A stretch of DNA of 64,000 bases from Oligoflexales bacterium (GTDB taxonomy: Bacteria; Bdellovibrionota_B; Oligoflexia; Oligoflexales; Bog-1112): assembly GCA_017985985.1 (NCBI GenBank), contig JAGNWK010000004.1, positions 2,320-66,319 on the forward strand. The letters are read 5' to 3'. The notes under the pieces are model-generated. The model did no database searches, was not told where the DNA came from, and saw nothing but the letters and a program-made list of their open reading frames with translations. The position numbers were made by a program, and so were the translations under genes. This document shows positions 1 to 7,786 of this stretch, piece by piece (positions within the stretch are counted from its first letter, which is position 1; each line of letters starts with the position of its first letter).

Positions 1-874
1 TCTTGGCACCAATGCGATCGTTTGCTTCATTTCTATGGTGATAGCCTTGCGATATGTTCGGCTTTACCCCCCTCAATGGGTTTTTATTCTTGATTTGTTT
101 AGAAAAGGTTCTTACTTAGCTGTCATCTATATCGGTTTGAATCTTCTTGATCGATATGATGTGTTTCTTGTCGAAAGATTTTCGGGTACAGTTGGGGCTG
201 CTCTTTATATTGGTCCAGCTCGGATTAGTCAAAGTCTACATGGCATTATCGCTTCTGGCAGTTTGATCTTTCTTTCTGAACTTATTGGTTTGAACAGTCG
301 TGATAAAATCACTGCCCACGTTGGTGTATCCGTTTTGTTCGGCAGTATTTTTTTAATACCGGTTTGCGTCGGTATTTGGTTTGTCGATAAAGCGGTGATC
401 ACTTTTATTTTTGGTGATGATTATGCTAGTACAGCGAGACTTCTAAGTCTTTTAGTGTTAGCTGCGGGAGCTCAAGGCTTTCTGACTATCTTTGGGTTTC
501 AAGTCTTAGCTTTAAAGGATGAAATAAGAAAATTTGGTACGTTTATCTTTATGGGTCTCTTTGTAGGTATAGTGAGTGCATGTGTGCTCGTGCCTTACTG
601 CGGCCTTTATGGGGTAGCTATGGCTGCTCTAGGGGCTAAACTTTTGTCAGCGATTTTGGTGACGAGAGAAGCACAGAAGTTTCTAGGCGAATTTCACTGG
701 CGTTGGATTATGAAACCAATTTTTGCAGCGATCTGTATGGGGCTAGTCTTGTTTTTTCTCAATCCAAATCTTAAACCTATTTTCATCATACTGATAGCCG
801 CTGGTGTTTATGGGGCCGTTCTTAGTCTGAGTACGAGACGAGAGATTTTAAGTCTAGTGAGGAAGTATTTATAA
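1..874 (+). CDS. Polytopic membrane protein, probably the C-terminal part of a MOP/Wzx-type polysaccharide flippase (5' end lies outside the window)
   Basis: The reading frame is open from nt 2 to the TAA at 872-874. The product is a chain of hydrophobic helices and sits next to an FkbM methyltransferase. The family call rests on composition and context only. Confidence 0.5.
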   Translation, partial: LGTNAIVCFISMVIALRYVRLYPPQWVFILDLFRKGSYLAVIYIGLNLLDRYDVFLVERFSGTVGAALYIGPARISQSLHGIIASGSLIFLSELIGLNSRDKITAHVGVSVLFGSIFLIPVCVGIWFVDKAVITFIFGDDYASTARLLSLLVLAAGAQGFLTIFGFQVLALKDEIRKFGTFIFMGLFVGIVSACVLVPYCGLYGVAMAALGAKLLSAILVTREAQKFLGEFHWRWIMKPIFAAICMGLVLFFLNPNLKPIFIILIAAGVYGAVLSLSTRREILSLVRKYL

Positions 875-924
875 TTCTGGGGAACAAACTGTTCAGTTTT
901 CTAGACTCTTCTTTGCTGCTTGTA

Positions 925-1827
925 CTATTTGGTAAGGAGAAAGTCGGTAAAGCTGTCTTTATTTTGGTCTAATTTTTTTACAAATTCCTCAAGGTCTTCT
1001 ATCTTCCTTTTTACCAAATTTTTAGCTTGGAGATCATAGAAAGCAGAAAAGTTATTTTTAATGATCTTTATTATGCGATCGTATTCTCCAGCTTGATCGA
1101 GCGCCCAGGGCCAAAATTCAATAACAAAGGGCGTGCCGCTTTTTAATAAGTTGCTTGCCCCAGCAAGGATCTGTGCTTCGTGGCCTTGGGTGTCCATCCA
1201 CACTAAACTGATAGCATCTGCAGGAAGATCTTGCTCTGATAAATAACGGTCCAATGTTTTACACAAGATTTTTTGTGTCAATCTGTCATCTAACTGCCCA
1301 GTTCTTACGATACGATGGTCGCCACAGTTTGATGTTGATAAGGTGATTTCACTTTCACCGTCGAAGTCCGAAAGAGCACTCGAAACCACAACGGCCTTAT
1401 CCAAAAAGCGATTTGCAAATAAATTGATCTGGAGTAAATCAATGTTTGATGCGACAGGTTCGAAGCAATAGGCTTTTTTAAAGAAACCAGAGTTTAGCGC
1501 ATAGATGGTTTGTGTTCCTATATTGGCACCGATGTCTAGGAAAATACCTCCTCTTTTTAAAAGTCCAATATTTTGTAGTAAGGAGATAGTTTTAAGGACA
1601 TCCTCTTTTTGAAATCCACCCGTTGCTAAAGCGTAGGGTGTGATTGCATTATCTCCAGTAAAAAAGAATGTTTTCTCCCCCTTTACATCTAGACCTACAT
1701 ACTTGATGTCAGAATTGATTTTATGAAGGAGAAATAAGACAAGTCTTGAGAAAATAGTTTTCCTATAGTCCATATCAAAGATGAAATCAGATACTCTCGA
1801 AAGCCGTGAGAAAATATAAGGTAGCAT
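925..1827 (-). CDS. FkbM-family SAM-dependent methyltransferase
   Basis: 300-aa ORF with the FLDIGANIGTQTIY ... CFEP motif block typical of FkbM methyltransferases. An AGGA lies about 6 nt upstream of the ATG. Confidence 0.8.
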   Translation of the reverse strand: MLPYIFSRLSRVSDFIFDMDYRKTIFSRLVLFLLHKINSDIKYVGLDVKGEKTFFFTGDNAITPYALATGGFQKEDVLKTISLLQNIGLLKRGGIFLDIGANIGTQTIYALNSGFFKKAYCFEPVASNIDLLQINLFANRFLDKAVVVSSALSDFDGESEITLSTSNCGDHRIVRTGQLDDRLTQKILCKTLDRYLSEQDLPADAISLVWMDTQGHEAQILAGASNLLKSGTPFVIEFWPWALDQAGEYDRIIKIIKNNFSAFYDLQAKNLVKRKIEDLEEFVKKLDQNKDSFTDFLLTK

Positions 1828-1876
1828 AGGTTCCTACTGCAGGGAGGGATGTTTGATGGCAGACGTTAAAAATCTT

Positions 1877-1999
1877 TAGGAACCCTCCCACAAGTCGTCT
1901 AGCCAAGTTCTTTTCGTAGCTGCGGTGCTCATTTGCCAGCAAGTAGACAGCTGCTCACATCTCAATGTCTTGCTATACGACTTGTGGGAGGGCTTCTAG
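1877..1999. mobile_element. Family A MITE-like palindromic element, copy A1 (about 123 bp)
   Basis: The terminal inverted repeats are TAGGAACCCTCCCACAAGTCGT ... ACGACTTGTGGGAGGGCTTCTAG. The element aligns over its whole length with the reverse complement of 6602..6726. Confidence 0.8.
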
Positions 2000-2048
2000 T
2001 CGATAAGGCGCATCTTAGCAGTGCTCTATTCTCCTGTCTAGGTTTGGA

Positions 2049-2772
2049 CTATTCCGGGGCTGAGTCCCAGTTCCAGATCTGTAGCATCATCTTATCGTTC
2101 ACGGGGTCATTCAAGGATCCCCCTTGCGGCAGGCTTCCACTGAGGATCGAGTTTACGATGGATGTCCTCATATCGTACCAACCAGTATTGCTTCCATTGC
2201 TTTTAACGTTGTATGAACCGGCTCGAAGCAATGCCCCCAGATGAATGACAGCTGCTGCACTTTGCTGCGAAGAGCGGTCCTATATTATTCGTATAGGTTT
2301 TGGTGCATGATCCTCTGGTTCAGGGTGGCTTACGGCTATAGATCCTTTTGGAGTAAACGTAAACGTTTGGCTCAAATCATTGAGGACAAGGTAAAGGTAA
2401 TAGGTGCCAGGGCTCAAAGTTGAAGTGTTCCAGATCTATTCTGTTGTGCTGATCGTTTGATCTGTAACAATCTCCGTACCTTCGACTGTGGCGTCTTTTT
2501 TATTTGTGTAAAAAAGGCTCCAAATACTGTCCGTTTTTACATCTTCAAATTCCATTTTTACAGTAAAAGAAGCATCTGCATTCTCGTCGGATCTGCAGGA
2601 GAAAGAAAAATGACACTCTGCACAGTGCTCTTTGCTATGGCATTTCCACGTGATGCTTGTTTTCTGGGGACTGCTTACATGTAGGAGTAATAAATAAAAG
2701 TGGAAAGATGAGTGCAAGGACAATGAGAACTCCTGATCTGCAGATTTTGAGGTAGTAACTATATTGATCCAT
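2049..2772 (-). pseudogene. Decayed secreted or lipoprotein gene (one frameshift plus two in-frame TAG stops)
   Basis: The ATG at 2772 opens a signal-peptide-like ORF (MDQYSYYLKICRSGVLIVLALIFPLLFITPTC...) that stops after 45 codons. The body continues in another frame as three ORF pieces (2436..2723, 2283..2435, 2049..2231). These pieces share one frame and are separated only by TAG codons at 2436-2438 and 2280-2282. The read-through peptide looks protein-like (SPGTYYLYLVLNDLSQTFTFTPKGSIAV). Confidence 0.5.
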
Positions 2773-2916
2773 GTTTATCTCTTGCTAAGAGTTGATATGT
2801 TCTCTTTTAAATATAGAGATGATCTTACTTTAATCAGATTTGAGGGGGATGAGGGAAGCTGTCTTCCCTCATGTTCTTTCGCTAGGAGCAGTTCTGTGGA
2901 GAAGGGGGATCAAGAA

Positions 2917-4158
2917 TTATCTCTGTTTATGACCATAGAAGTGCAAGCCCATGACGAGGAAGACACCTAATGTGGCGCAGAGAGGGATCATACTGACAGC
3001 AGATTGAAAGGTCTCGAGACTGTAGTGCCGGACACCATCTCCACTAAATTCTCCGGTCCAGAATGCGTCAAGAGTCACCCCTATTAAGGTATGAAAGAAA
3101 GATCCACCAAGCATGTTGATGCAGTTGAGGAAAGCTACCGTAAAACCAAGAGCTGGGGTGGGGACCAAGTCTGAACCGGCTGCAAAGACAAGGACTTGAT
3201 AGCAGCAGAAGATTCCCACTAAAAAAAAGAGTCCGGCAAGCAGCTCTTGCTGGTAACTTTTCATAAGGAGTAAAGCGAGAAAAGCTGCAGCCATCCCTGC
3301 TCCGCTGCCTGCGATAAGCAGGTAATTCCCAAATTTTTTGCTACCAAAAGCAAGGAGTGGGCCACCAACCAACATTCCAAAATAAATAAAGGAAACTAGG
3401 CTAGCTGCTGTTCCTCGTTCGAGTTGAAAAGCTTCTACAAGATAGGGAATTCCCCACACGTCGGCAAACCCATCGAGGGCTCCGACCATCAAGAGGTTAG
3501 CTAGAGCGAGAACCCAGATCACCGGAGAGGATAGGGTCGTTTTGAGTTGCTGCAGGCTAAAGGACTCGGATCTTTCTGATTGTTCTAATTTGGGCGCTCG
3601 GAGTCCGATCCAAACACAAACAGCCCAGAAGAGAGAGACGATTCCTAGGGTAAGAGCGACATTTTGCCATTGAAAAGCATTGATGAGGAGATGAACAGGC
3701 TTACCGCCATAGATGGCGCCCATGAGGCCGACAGTAAACGAAAATCCGATCATTCGAGCGTACTGTTCTTTGGGGAACCACTCTGAAACAACTTTAGATA
3801 CCCCTAAGAATCCTGCAGCAGAACTGGCTCCGATGAGGAATCGGCTAATGACAGCTATATGAAAACTGTCTGTAAAGGTAAAGAGCAGAGTTGCTAGGCC
3901 ACAGGTTAGAGCCGAACTTGCTACGATAAGCCTCGCTCCCCAACGGTCGAGAAGTATGGCAATCGGAATTTGCATACCGGCGTAGCCATAATAATAGGCT
4001 CCTGCTAGCATTCCAAACTGGGTTGCGTTGATAGAGAATTGACTCATGATCGAGTGCATCATAAGTCCAGGCCATAAGCGCAGGATAAATTGGAACGTAA
4101 AAAATACGAGTGGGAACAAAAGCATGACAAAGGGCAAGAGCCTTTTATGGGTCAACAT
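2917..4158 (-). CDS. MFS transporter
   Basis: 413 aa with about 12 hydrophobic helices and an MFS loop 2-3 signature (LLDRWGARL). An AGGAG lies 5 nt upstream of the ATG at 4158. Confidence 0.85.
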   Translation of the reverse strand: MLTHKRLLPFVMLLFPLVFFTFQFILRLWPGLMMHSIMSQFSINATQFGMLAGAYYYGYAGMQIPIAILLDRWGARLIVASSALTCGLATLLFTFTDSFHIAVISRFLIGASSAAGFLGVSKVVSEWFPKEQYARMIGFSFTVGLMGAIYGGKPVHLLINAFQWQNVALTLGIVSLFWAVCVWIGLRAPKLEQSERSESFSLQQLKTTLSSPVIWVLALANLLMVGALDGFADVWGIPYLVEAFQLERGTAASLVSFIYFGMLVGGPLLAFGSKKFGNYLLIAGSGAGMAAAFLALLLMKSYQQELLAGLFFLVGIFCCYQVLVFAAGSDLVPTPALGFTVAFLNCINMLGGSFFHTLIGVTLDAFWTGEFSGDGVRHYSLETFQSAVSMIPLCATLGVFLVMGLHFYGHKQR

Positions 4159-4423
4159 ACAAACTCCTAAAAGAGCGAAAATAGTGTCGATGGCAAATCG
4201 AAGAGTTTTTTTGAGAATTTATTTGAATGTAGGGAAAAATATATGTGTCGGCTAGCCGACAATAATGTAAATACCAGCAATAATGCTGTTAAAAATTGAA
4301 GACTGTATTTGATTGAGATAACGCATAGAAGCTGACACGCAAATAAGAATAATGATAGCACCAGATACATGCTTGTATTTGAAATTTTACTGAGAGTCAA
4401 GTCTAAGGGGATCTTTTGCAAGC

Positions 4424-4738
4424 TCAGATCTTTAAATCAGATGTGATGATGGCTGATTTGAGGATCTTACCTTCGTAGAGATGGTAGTATTCTCTCTCCC
4501 CTCCTGGGTTTTTTTCTTTTACCAGGCGTCCAGACAGCTTTTTGAGATCGAGTTTAATGATCACAACACGTTTTTCTTGATGGAAAAATTTCTTAATAAT
4601 TCGGTCGATATCGTTTTTTTCTGCTAAGTGGATAAAAAGGTTGTCATCTGGTGATAAAGCTAAGGTGTCTTGCGATCGACTTTGCTCCCAGAGGGCTTCC
4701 GTTGTTATTTTATAAAGATATTTCGGTTGTTTAGTCAA
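4424..4738 (-). CDS. DUF952-family protein
   Basis: 104 aa. The pattern LYKI..W...(F)IHL...Q........(I)KLD...L......E.......YYHLYE matches my recollection of DUF952. Confidence 0.65.
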   Translation of the reverse strand: MTKQPKYLYKITTEALWEQSRSQDTLALSPDDNLFIHLAEKNDIDRIIKKFFHQEKRVVIIKLDLKKLSGRLVKEKNPGGEREYYHLYEGKILKSAIITSDLKI

Positions 4739-4749
4739 AATTTTGTCCT

Positions 4750-5014
4750 GCAGCAGGAGGGAATAGGGAAAGATTTTAACGAAAGACCTAAGGAGGGGCT
4801 AGGGGAAAACTTGAATTGAGCTCGTTTGACCCCACTCCAACCTGTCTAAGTATTATGATTTCGTCATTGCGAGGAGCCGGAGGCGACGAAGCAATCTTGC
4901 CTTTATATATACGGAGATTGCTTCGCTTCGCTCGCTATGACGAGGTCTGCCATGAATACTTAGACAGGTTGGCTCAGGGCAAGCTCTGTCGAAGGGGTGC
5001 GTAGCTGGTTCCCC
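4750..5014. repeat. Family B REP-like element, copy B1 (reverse orientation), split by an inserted family C element
   Basis: The left part is GCAGCAGGAGGGAATAGGGAAAG ... AAGGAGGGGCTAGGGGAAAAC (4750..4810). The right part is GGGGTGCGTAGCTGGTTCCCC (4994..5014). Together they equal the reverse complement of the B4 architecture at 40316..40380. Confidence 0.7.
4811..4993. mobile_element. Family C palindromic element, copy C1 (core 4837..4972), inserted inside B1
   Basis: The terminal inverted repeats are CCAACCTGTCTAAGTAT ... ATACTTAGACAGGTTGG. The inner palindrome is GTCATTGCGAGGAGCCGGAGGCGACGAAGCAATCT ... GGAGATTGCTTCGCTTCGCTCGCTATGAC. A second copy lies inside tsaB. Confidence 0.75.
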
Positions 5015-5022
5015 TAGAGATC

Positions 5023-5388
5023 CTAGAGAAGTTCCATATCGGTGACAGAAACACCAGTAAAGTTCTCTGAAAACTCAAAGTCTTTGGTTGGAACTACATC
5101 GTTTTTGAGCCCTTTGGAAGCAAAAGTCTCTTGATAAACATTGCAGAAGAAGTAGTCAAACTCTGAGGAGAATGGATAATTGGTGCAGTCGATGCTTTTG
5201 TCTGCGCTCGGCGGCTTTCGTCGTACCGGCTCAGCTGCGGGTCTTCCTCTTCCGCGGGTTTTTTTGATAAGCTCCGGGTCCTGATTCTGTTTCAATTTAA
5301 GTCCGCAAAGGTTTTTGAATTGGAAATCCTGTCCGTCCTTTGCGACTTGGCCGTGACGCACGTGATGGGGGCAGCGTTTACAACTCAT
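5023..5388 (-). CDS. Hypothetical protein (N-terminal CxxC..HH, central basic RGRGRP stretch)
   Basis: 121-aa ORF with an ATG start and no overlapping competitor. I recognise no family. Confidence 0.45.
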   Translation of the reverse strand: MSCKRCPHHVRHGQVAKDGQDFQFKNLCGLKLKQNQDPELIKKTRGRGRPAAEPVRRKPPSADKSIDCTNYPFSSEFDYFFCNVYQETFASKGLKNDVVPTKDFEFSENFTGVSVTDMELL

Positions 5389-5511
5389 GAACTATGTCCT
5401 TTTATAGGATAGAGTATGTTGAAAAACCCTGGGGCAGCTTTTTTGAAATTTGGAGATTAGGAATATCTTAGCAGCTGTCAGCAACCGCGCAACTAAAACT
5501 CTGAATAAATA

Positions 5512-5550
5512 TTTTTTGATTTTATAAAAATGTTTTTAAAAATCAAAAAA
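5512..5550. promoter_or_regulatory. A+T-rich near-perfect palindrome in a divergent promoter region
   Basis: The 12-bp perfect arms TTTTTTGATTTT (5512..5523) and AAAATCAAAAAA (5539..5550) lie in the 338-bp gap between the divergent 5023..5388 gene and accD. An operator or bending-site role is inferred only. Confidence 0.3.
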
Positions 5551-5726
5551 ATAAAACTATTTTTATAGAATCCTTTGACCTTACATTTGGCTGGTATTTT
5601 GTAAGTTCTCAAAAACTTGGGGATCGGAGTTCGATACAAGTCGTCTGGGTAATGGCGGCTGTATTTCCAGCGGCTCAGTTGGAGTCTTCGACCACAAAAT
5701 GGTAAACAGTTCTTGCAACTAGAAGT

Positions 5727-6584
5727 ATGGAGAATGAAATGGCCTGGTCTAATATTGAAAAAGCCCCTGTGCTAAAAGGGGACAAGATAAGCACTCCGGA
5801 TGGATTATGGCAGAAATGCCATGCCTGCCAGGAAATTTTCTACCGAAAAGATTTTGAAGCAAACCAATTTGTTTGCGTAAAATGTCAGTTCCACTTTCCT
5901 ATTCCAGCTTACGAACGCTTAGCCCGTTTTCTAGACGGAGATAGTTTCGTAGAACAGAATATTCATCTTCGCAGTCCTGACCCCCTCAAATTTGTCGGAA
6001 AGAAGGCCTACTCCCAACAATTGAAGGAGAGTATCAAGAAGACTCAGATGCAGGACGCCTTTGTTTGCGGGGAAGGCTTGCTAAAAGGGCAGCCTGTACA
6101 AGTTGGGTCTTTTGAGTTTGGTTTTATGGGTGGAAGTATGGGCTGCGTAGTGGGGGAGAAAATAAGTCGTCTTCTCCTTCAAGCTAGGGATAAGAAACAT
6201 CCTGCTATTATTTTCTCCGCTTCGGGAGGAGCTCGTATGCAGGAGGGCTTACTCAGTCTGATGCAGATGGCTAAGACATGTGCGGCACTATCCCAGCTTC
6301 GTTCAGCGGAGTTGCCTCTCATTTCTGTCCTCACCAACCCTACGACGGGTGGGGTCGCAGCTAGCTATGCGATGCTCGGAGATATCAATATTGGAGAGCC
6401 CGGTGCTTTGATTGGCTTTGCGGGGCCCCGTGTCATTCAGCAGACTATTGGTCAAAGTTTGCCTGAAGGGTTCCAGACGTCGGAGTATTTACTTGAACAT
6501 GGGATGCTTGACTTGATCTGTCACAGAACTCAGCTGCGAGATCAAATTGCTCACCTCCTTTCTATTCTTATGAGTAGAAAATAA
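5727..6584 (+). CDS. accD: Acetyl-CoA carboxylase carboxyltransferase beta subunit
   Basis: Carries the N-terminal zinc ribbon (CHACQ...CVKCQ) and the GGSMG and GGARMQEG blocks. An alternative start ATG at 5739 is preceded by GGAGAA. Confidence 0.9.
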   Translation: MENEMAWSNIEKAPVLKGDKISTPDGLWQKCHACQEIFYRKDFEANQFVCVKCQFHFPIPAYERLARFLDGDSFVEQNIHLRSPDPLKFVGKKAYSQQLKESIKKTQMQDAFVCGEGLLKGQPVQVGSFEFGFMGGSMGCVVGEKISRLLLQARDKKHPAIIFSASGGARMQEGLLSLMQMAKTCAALSQLRSAELPLISVLTNPTTGGVAASYAMLGDINIGEPGALIGFAGPRVIQQTIGQSLPEGFQTSEYLLEHGMLDLICHRTQLRDQIAHLLSILMSRK

Positions 6585-6601
6585 ACTCTTTTGTAGGAAG
6601 A

Positions 6602-6726
6602 CTAGGAACCATCCCATAAGTCGTATAGCAAGGCATTGAGGAGCGAGCAGCGCAGTTTACTTGCTGGTAAATGAGCAGCACAGCGACAAAAATAACGCAG
6701 CTAGATGACTTGTGGGAGGTTCCTAG
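6602..6726. mobile_element. Family A MITE-like element, copy A2 (125 bp, opposite orientation to A1)
   Basis: Ends are CTAGGAACCATCCCATAAGTCGT ... ATGACTTGTGGGAGGTTCCTAG. It fills the gap between convergent accD and meaB. Confidence 0.8.
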
Positions 6727-6730
6727 CTGC

Positions 6731-7786
6731 TTAATTCTTTTTAGGGGAACCGGCTGCGCAGTTTTCCCTAGCCCCTCCTTGCAGCCAGGTTTTGGCTATA
6801 GTCCTTGCTACAGTTGAGGGGACTTCTGTCCAGGTTGGGCTTATAGACCTGGGCTTGTCGAGGCAGAGGTTCTTCATCTTTTCAAGTTCATCTTGAAATC
6901 TTTGGGAATGTTTCAGTTCGAATTGCAAAGCTTCCTCTAATTCGGTGCAAAACCATTCTGTATTCTGCTCTTTTCTTCGAGCAGCAGTTCTTTGTGTCCG
7001 TTCTTCACACTCAAAAAATGTGTGCAACTCAGACCACAGCTCTTTGATACCTTCCCCAAAAAGAGCACTGCCAAGTAGGACTCCCTGCGGACTCTTGCGC
7101 ATGGAACCTTGTAGACGGAGACTGACAGCTGTTTCGAAGATTTGCTTTGCTTTTAGGGCTTCAATTTTTAATTCACCATCGGCCTTGTTGATAAAAATAA
7201 AATCACTGAGCTCAAGAGCGCCACGTTTAAGACTCTGCCACTCATCCCCTGTGGCAGGCATCATGAGCAGAAGAAAACAGTCGACCATACTTGCAACAGT
7301 ATACTCACTCTGTCCTGTTCCGACTGTTTCAACGAGGATTCGATTAAAGCCTGCAGCTTCCATAAGCAGGAGAGTCTCTCTGCTTTTTTTTGCCAAACCG
7401 CCATGGCTGACTCGTTGGGGACTGGGGCGGATAAAAGCTCTTGGGTGCAGAGCAAGGGACTGCATTCTGAGTTTGTCGCCGAGTAGGCTTCCACCTGTTA
7501 AAGGGGAAGAGGGGTCCACACTCAGAACAGCGAGTTTGGCTAGAGGATCTGCTAAGACTTCAGCTCCCAACTTTTCGATCAGGGTGCTTTTCCCAACACC
7601 AGGGATGCCGCTGATCCCCAGACGTAAGGCTTTTCCTGAGTGGGGTAGAACTTGCTTTAGGAGTTTTTCTTTAGCTTCCTGGTGGGCAGCTTGCTCACTT
7701 TCGACCAGCGTAATGGAACGAGCAAGAGCTCTTCGATCTCCTTTCAGGATACCTTCCATAAGAACGGGAACATCATAATCCTGCAT
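6731..7786 (-). CDS. meaB: Methylmalonyl-CoA mutase-associated GTPase (MeaB/ArgK)
   Basis: Has the P-loop [12 protein letters not shown] and [19 protein letters not shown] prefer the ATG at 7786 ([12 protein letters not shown]...), which overlaps the mutase stop by 14 nt; the ORF itself is open up to 7924. The last roughly 17 codons are encoded by repeat B2. Confidence 0.85.
   Translation of the reverse strand: MQDYDVPVLMEGILKGDRRALARSITLVESEQAAHQEAKEKLLKQVLPHSGKALRLGISGIPGVGKSTLIEKLGAEVLADPLAKLAVLSVDPSSPLTGGSLLGDKLRMQSLALHPRAFIRPSPQRVSHGGLAKKSRETLLLMEAAGFNRILVETVGTGQSEYTVASMVDCFLLLMMPATGDEWQSLKRGALELSDFIFINKADGELKIEALKAKQIFETAVSLRLQGSMRKSPQGVLLGSALFGEGIKELWSELHTFFECEERTQRTAARRKEQNTEWFCTELEEALQFELKHSQRFQDELEKMKNLCLDKPRSISPTWTEVPSTVARTIAKTWLQGGARENCAAGSPKKN
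6744..6782. repeat. Family B REP-like element, copy B2
   Basis: GGGGAACCGGCTGCGCAGTTTTCCCTAGCCCCTCCTTGC. It lies inside the 3' end of the meaB ORF. Confidence 0.75.

Noticed and set aside
2280-2438. The two in-frame TAG codons considered as stop-codon recoding (pyrrolysine or suppression)
   Set aside because: TAG clearly terminates conserved genes in the same window (mvaA at 16968-16970, rsmI, gdh). The same locus also needs a frameshift to join its signal peptide. Pseudogenisation is the simpler explanation.
4167-4421. 84-aa hydrophobic ORF between DUF952 and the MFS transporter
   Set aside because: It has only a TTG start and no RBS. Its stop overlaps the MFS RBS, and a 12-bp palindrome (TCGGCTAGCCGA, about 4249..4260) sits inside it. 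It could be a real small membrane protein, but the sequence alone does not support calling it.
4816-5004. 62-aa ORF (..SSLRGAGGDEAILPLYIRRLLRFARYDEV..)
   Set aside because: It is the conceptual translation of the family C palindromic element. The same DNA recurs elsewhere, and there is no RBS or independent coding signal.
5600-5680. tRNA-like string (GGGGATCGGAGTTCGATACAAG) upstream of accD
   Set aside because: I could not assemble an acceptor stem, an anticodon arm or a cloverleaf around it. The resemblance to a T-arm is superficial.
6945-7778. A 277-aa ORF on the plus strand, antisense to meaB. Similar long antisense ORFs lie at 8338..8733, 11927..12355, 16218..16712, 19358..19846, 24609..25121 and 43765..44175.
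   Set aside because: Each lies entirely inside a well-supported conserved gene on the other strand. The translations are Ser/Arg/Leu/Pro-rich with no recognisable motifs, which is typical of shadow ORFs opposite real coding frames.
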